IMG/VR virus record: IMGVR_UViG_2681813321_000031
From: a virus
Taxonomy: Duplodnaviria; Heunggongvirae; Uroviricota; Caudoviricetes
Strand: one strand, 5' to 3'
Length of the DNA: 27,060 nucleotides
Below are positions 25,440-27,060 of the stretch, one piece after another; the first letter of the stretch is position 1, and each line of letters opens with the position of its first letter. The notes beneath the pieces were generated by a model, which made no database searches, had not been told where the DNA came from, and worked only from the letters and a program-made list of their open reading frames with translations. Both the position numbers and the translations under genes were made by a program.

Positions 25440-26491
25440 GGGGACGCTGGGTGATTGAAGGCGACCTGTCCAGTTACTTCGACACCGTACATCATCGACT
25501 GCTGATGAAGGCTGTACGCCGCAGGATCAGTGACGCACGTTTCATGACTCTGCTGTGGAAAACCATCAAGGCGGGACATATCGATGTCGGTCTCTTTCGG
25601 GCGGCCAGTGAAGGTGTGCCACAGGGCGGTGTTATATCGCCGCTATTATCGAACATCATGCTGAATGAGTTCGATCAATACCTGCATGAGCGCTACCTGA
25701 GCGGGAAAGCCAGAAAAGATCGGTGGTACTGGAATAACAGTATCCAACGGGGCCGAAGTACGGCGGTCAGAGAAAACTGGCAGTGGAAACCCGCGGTGGC
25801 GTACTGCCGCTATGCCGATGATTTTGTCCTCATCGTCAAAGGCACCAAAGCACAGGCGGAAGCCATCAGGGAGGAGTGTCGGGGTGTGCTCGAAGGCAGT
25901 CTGAAACTCAGGCTGAACATGGATAAGACTAAAATCACCCATGTTAATGACGGCTTTATCTTTCTGGGGCACAGGATCATTCGCAAACGCAGTCGTTATG
26001 GCGAGATGCGAGTGGTCTCAACGATCCCGCAGGAGAAAGCCAGAAACTTCGCCGCATCGCTGACAGCACTGTTATCAGGCAACTACAGTGAAAGCAAAGT
26101 CGATATGGCTGAACAACTCAACCGAAAACTGAAAGGCTGGGCCATGTTCTATCAGTTCGTTGATTTTAAGGCCAAAGTCTTCAGTTATATCGACCGTGTC
26201 GTGTTCTGGAAGCTGGCTCACTGGCTGGCCCGCAAATACCGTACAGGTATCGCTTCCCTGATGAGGTGGTGGTGTAAATCACCGAAACCGGGTCAGAGCA
26301 AAACGTGGGTTTTATTTGGTAAAACCAATCACGGCAAGCTCAGCGGCGAAATACTGTACCGGTTGGTGGGGCAAGGCAAGAAGCTGTTCCGCTGGCGGCT
26401 ACCCGAAGGTAATCCCTATCTGAGGACGGAGACCAGAAACACGTATACATCGCGCTTTACAGAAGTGGCAATGGCGTTCGCCAGCATTTAA
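25440..26491 (+). CDS. group II intron RT/maturase (5'-truncated), copy B
   Basis: Identical to 22572..23623. Confidence 0.85.
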
Positions 26492-26496
26492 ATGGA

Positions 26497-26530
26497 GAGC
26501 CGGATGCGCTGAAAGGTGCACGTCCGGTTC
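26497..26530 (+). ncRNA. group II intron domain V, copy B
   Basis: Identical to 23629..23662. Confidence 0.85.
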
Positions 26531-26553
26531 GGGGAGGAGAGGCAGGGAAATAG

Positions 26554-27060
<507 letters not shown>

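Overview
This 27,060-bp window reads as the early region of a lambdoid prophage of an Escherichia-like enterobacterium, ending in a group II intron fragment lodged in an IS3-family element. All calls are from reading the sequence and the supplied ORF track by eye; no searches or folding programs were run. Minus strand (early-right operon, high to low coordinates): Cro-like, two Rha-family regulators, three small ORFs, O-like initiator, DnaC-like loader, DnaB-family helicase, DUF968-like HNH-motif protein, RusA, a Q-like protein, then a terminator. Plus strand (lambda 'leftward' direction): CI-like repressor, an XRE HTH protein at the N position, and a string of small accessory genes including Ea22-like and DUF551 proteins. 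Two tandem repeats dominate the window. The first is a 7.55-kb unit (2200-9750 and 9751-17307) joined at an 11-bp microhomology and identical except for a ~0.6-kb mosaic patch in rha. The second is a 2.87-kb unit (21333-24200 and 24201-27060) in which both copies carry the same 21-N gap, so an assembly or scaffolding artifact is a real possibility for it. The most interesting observation is a ~79-nt structured RNA candidate just upstream of the rha core start (7261-7339, again at 14815-14893), with a strand-specific 16-bp helix and a hairpin showing compensatory base-pair changes and a GAAA to UUCG tetraloop swap between copies. No rRNA, tRNA or CRISPR array was seen.
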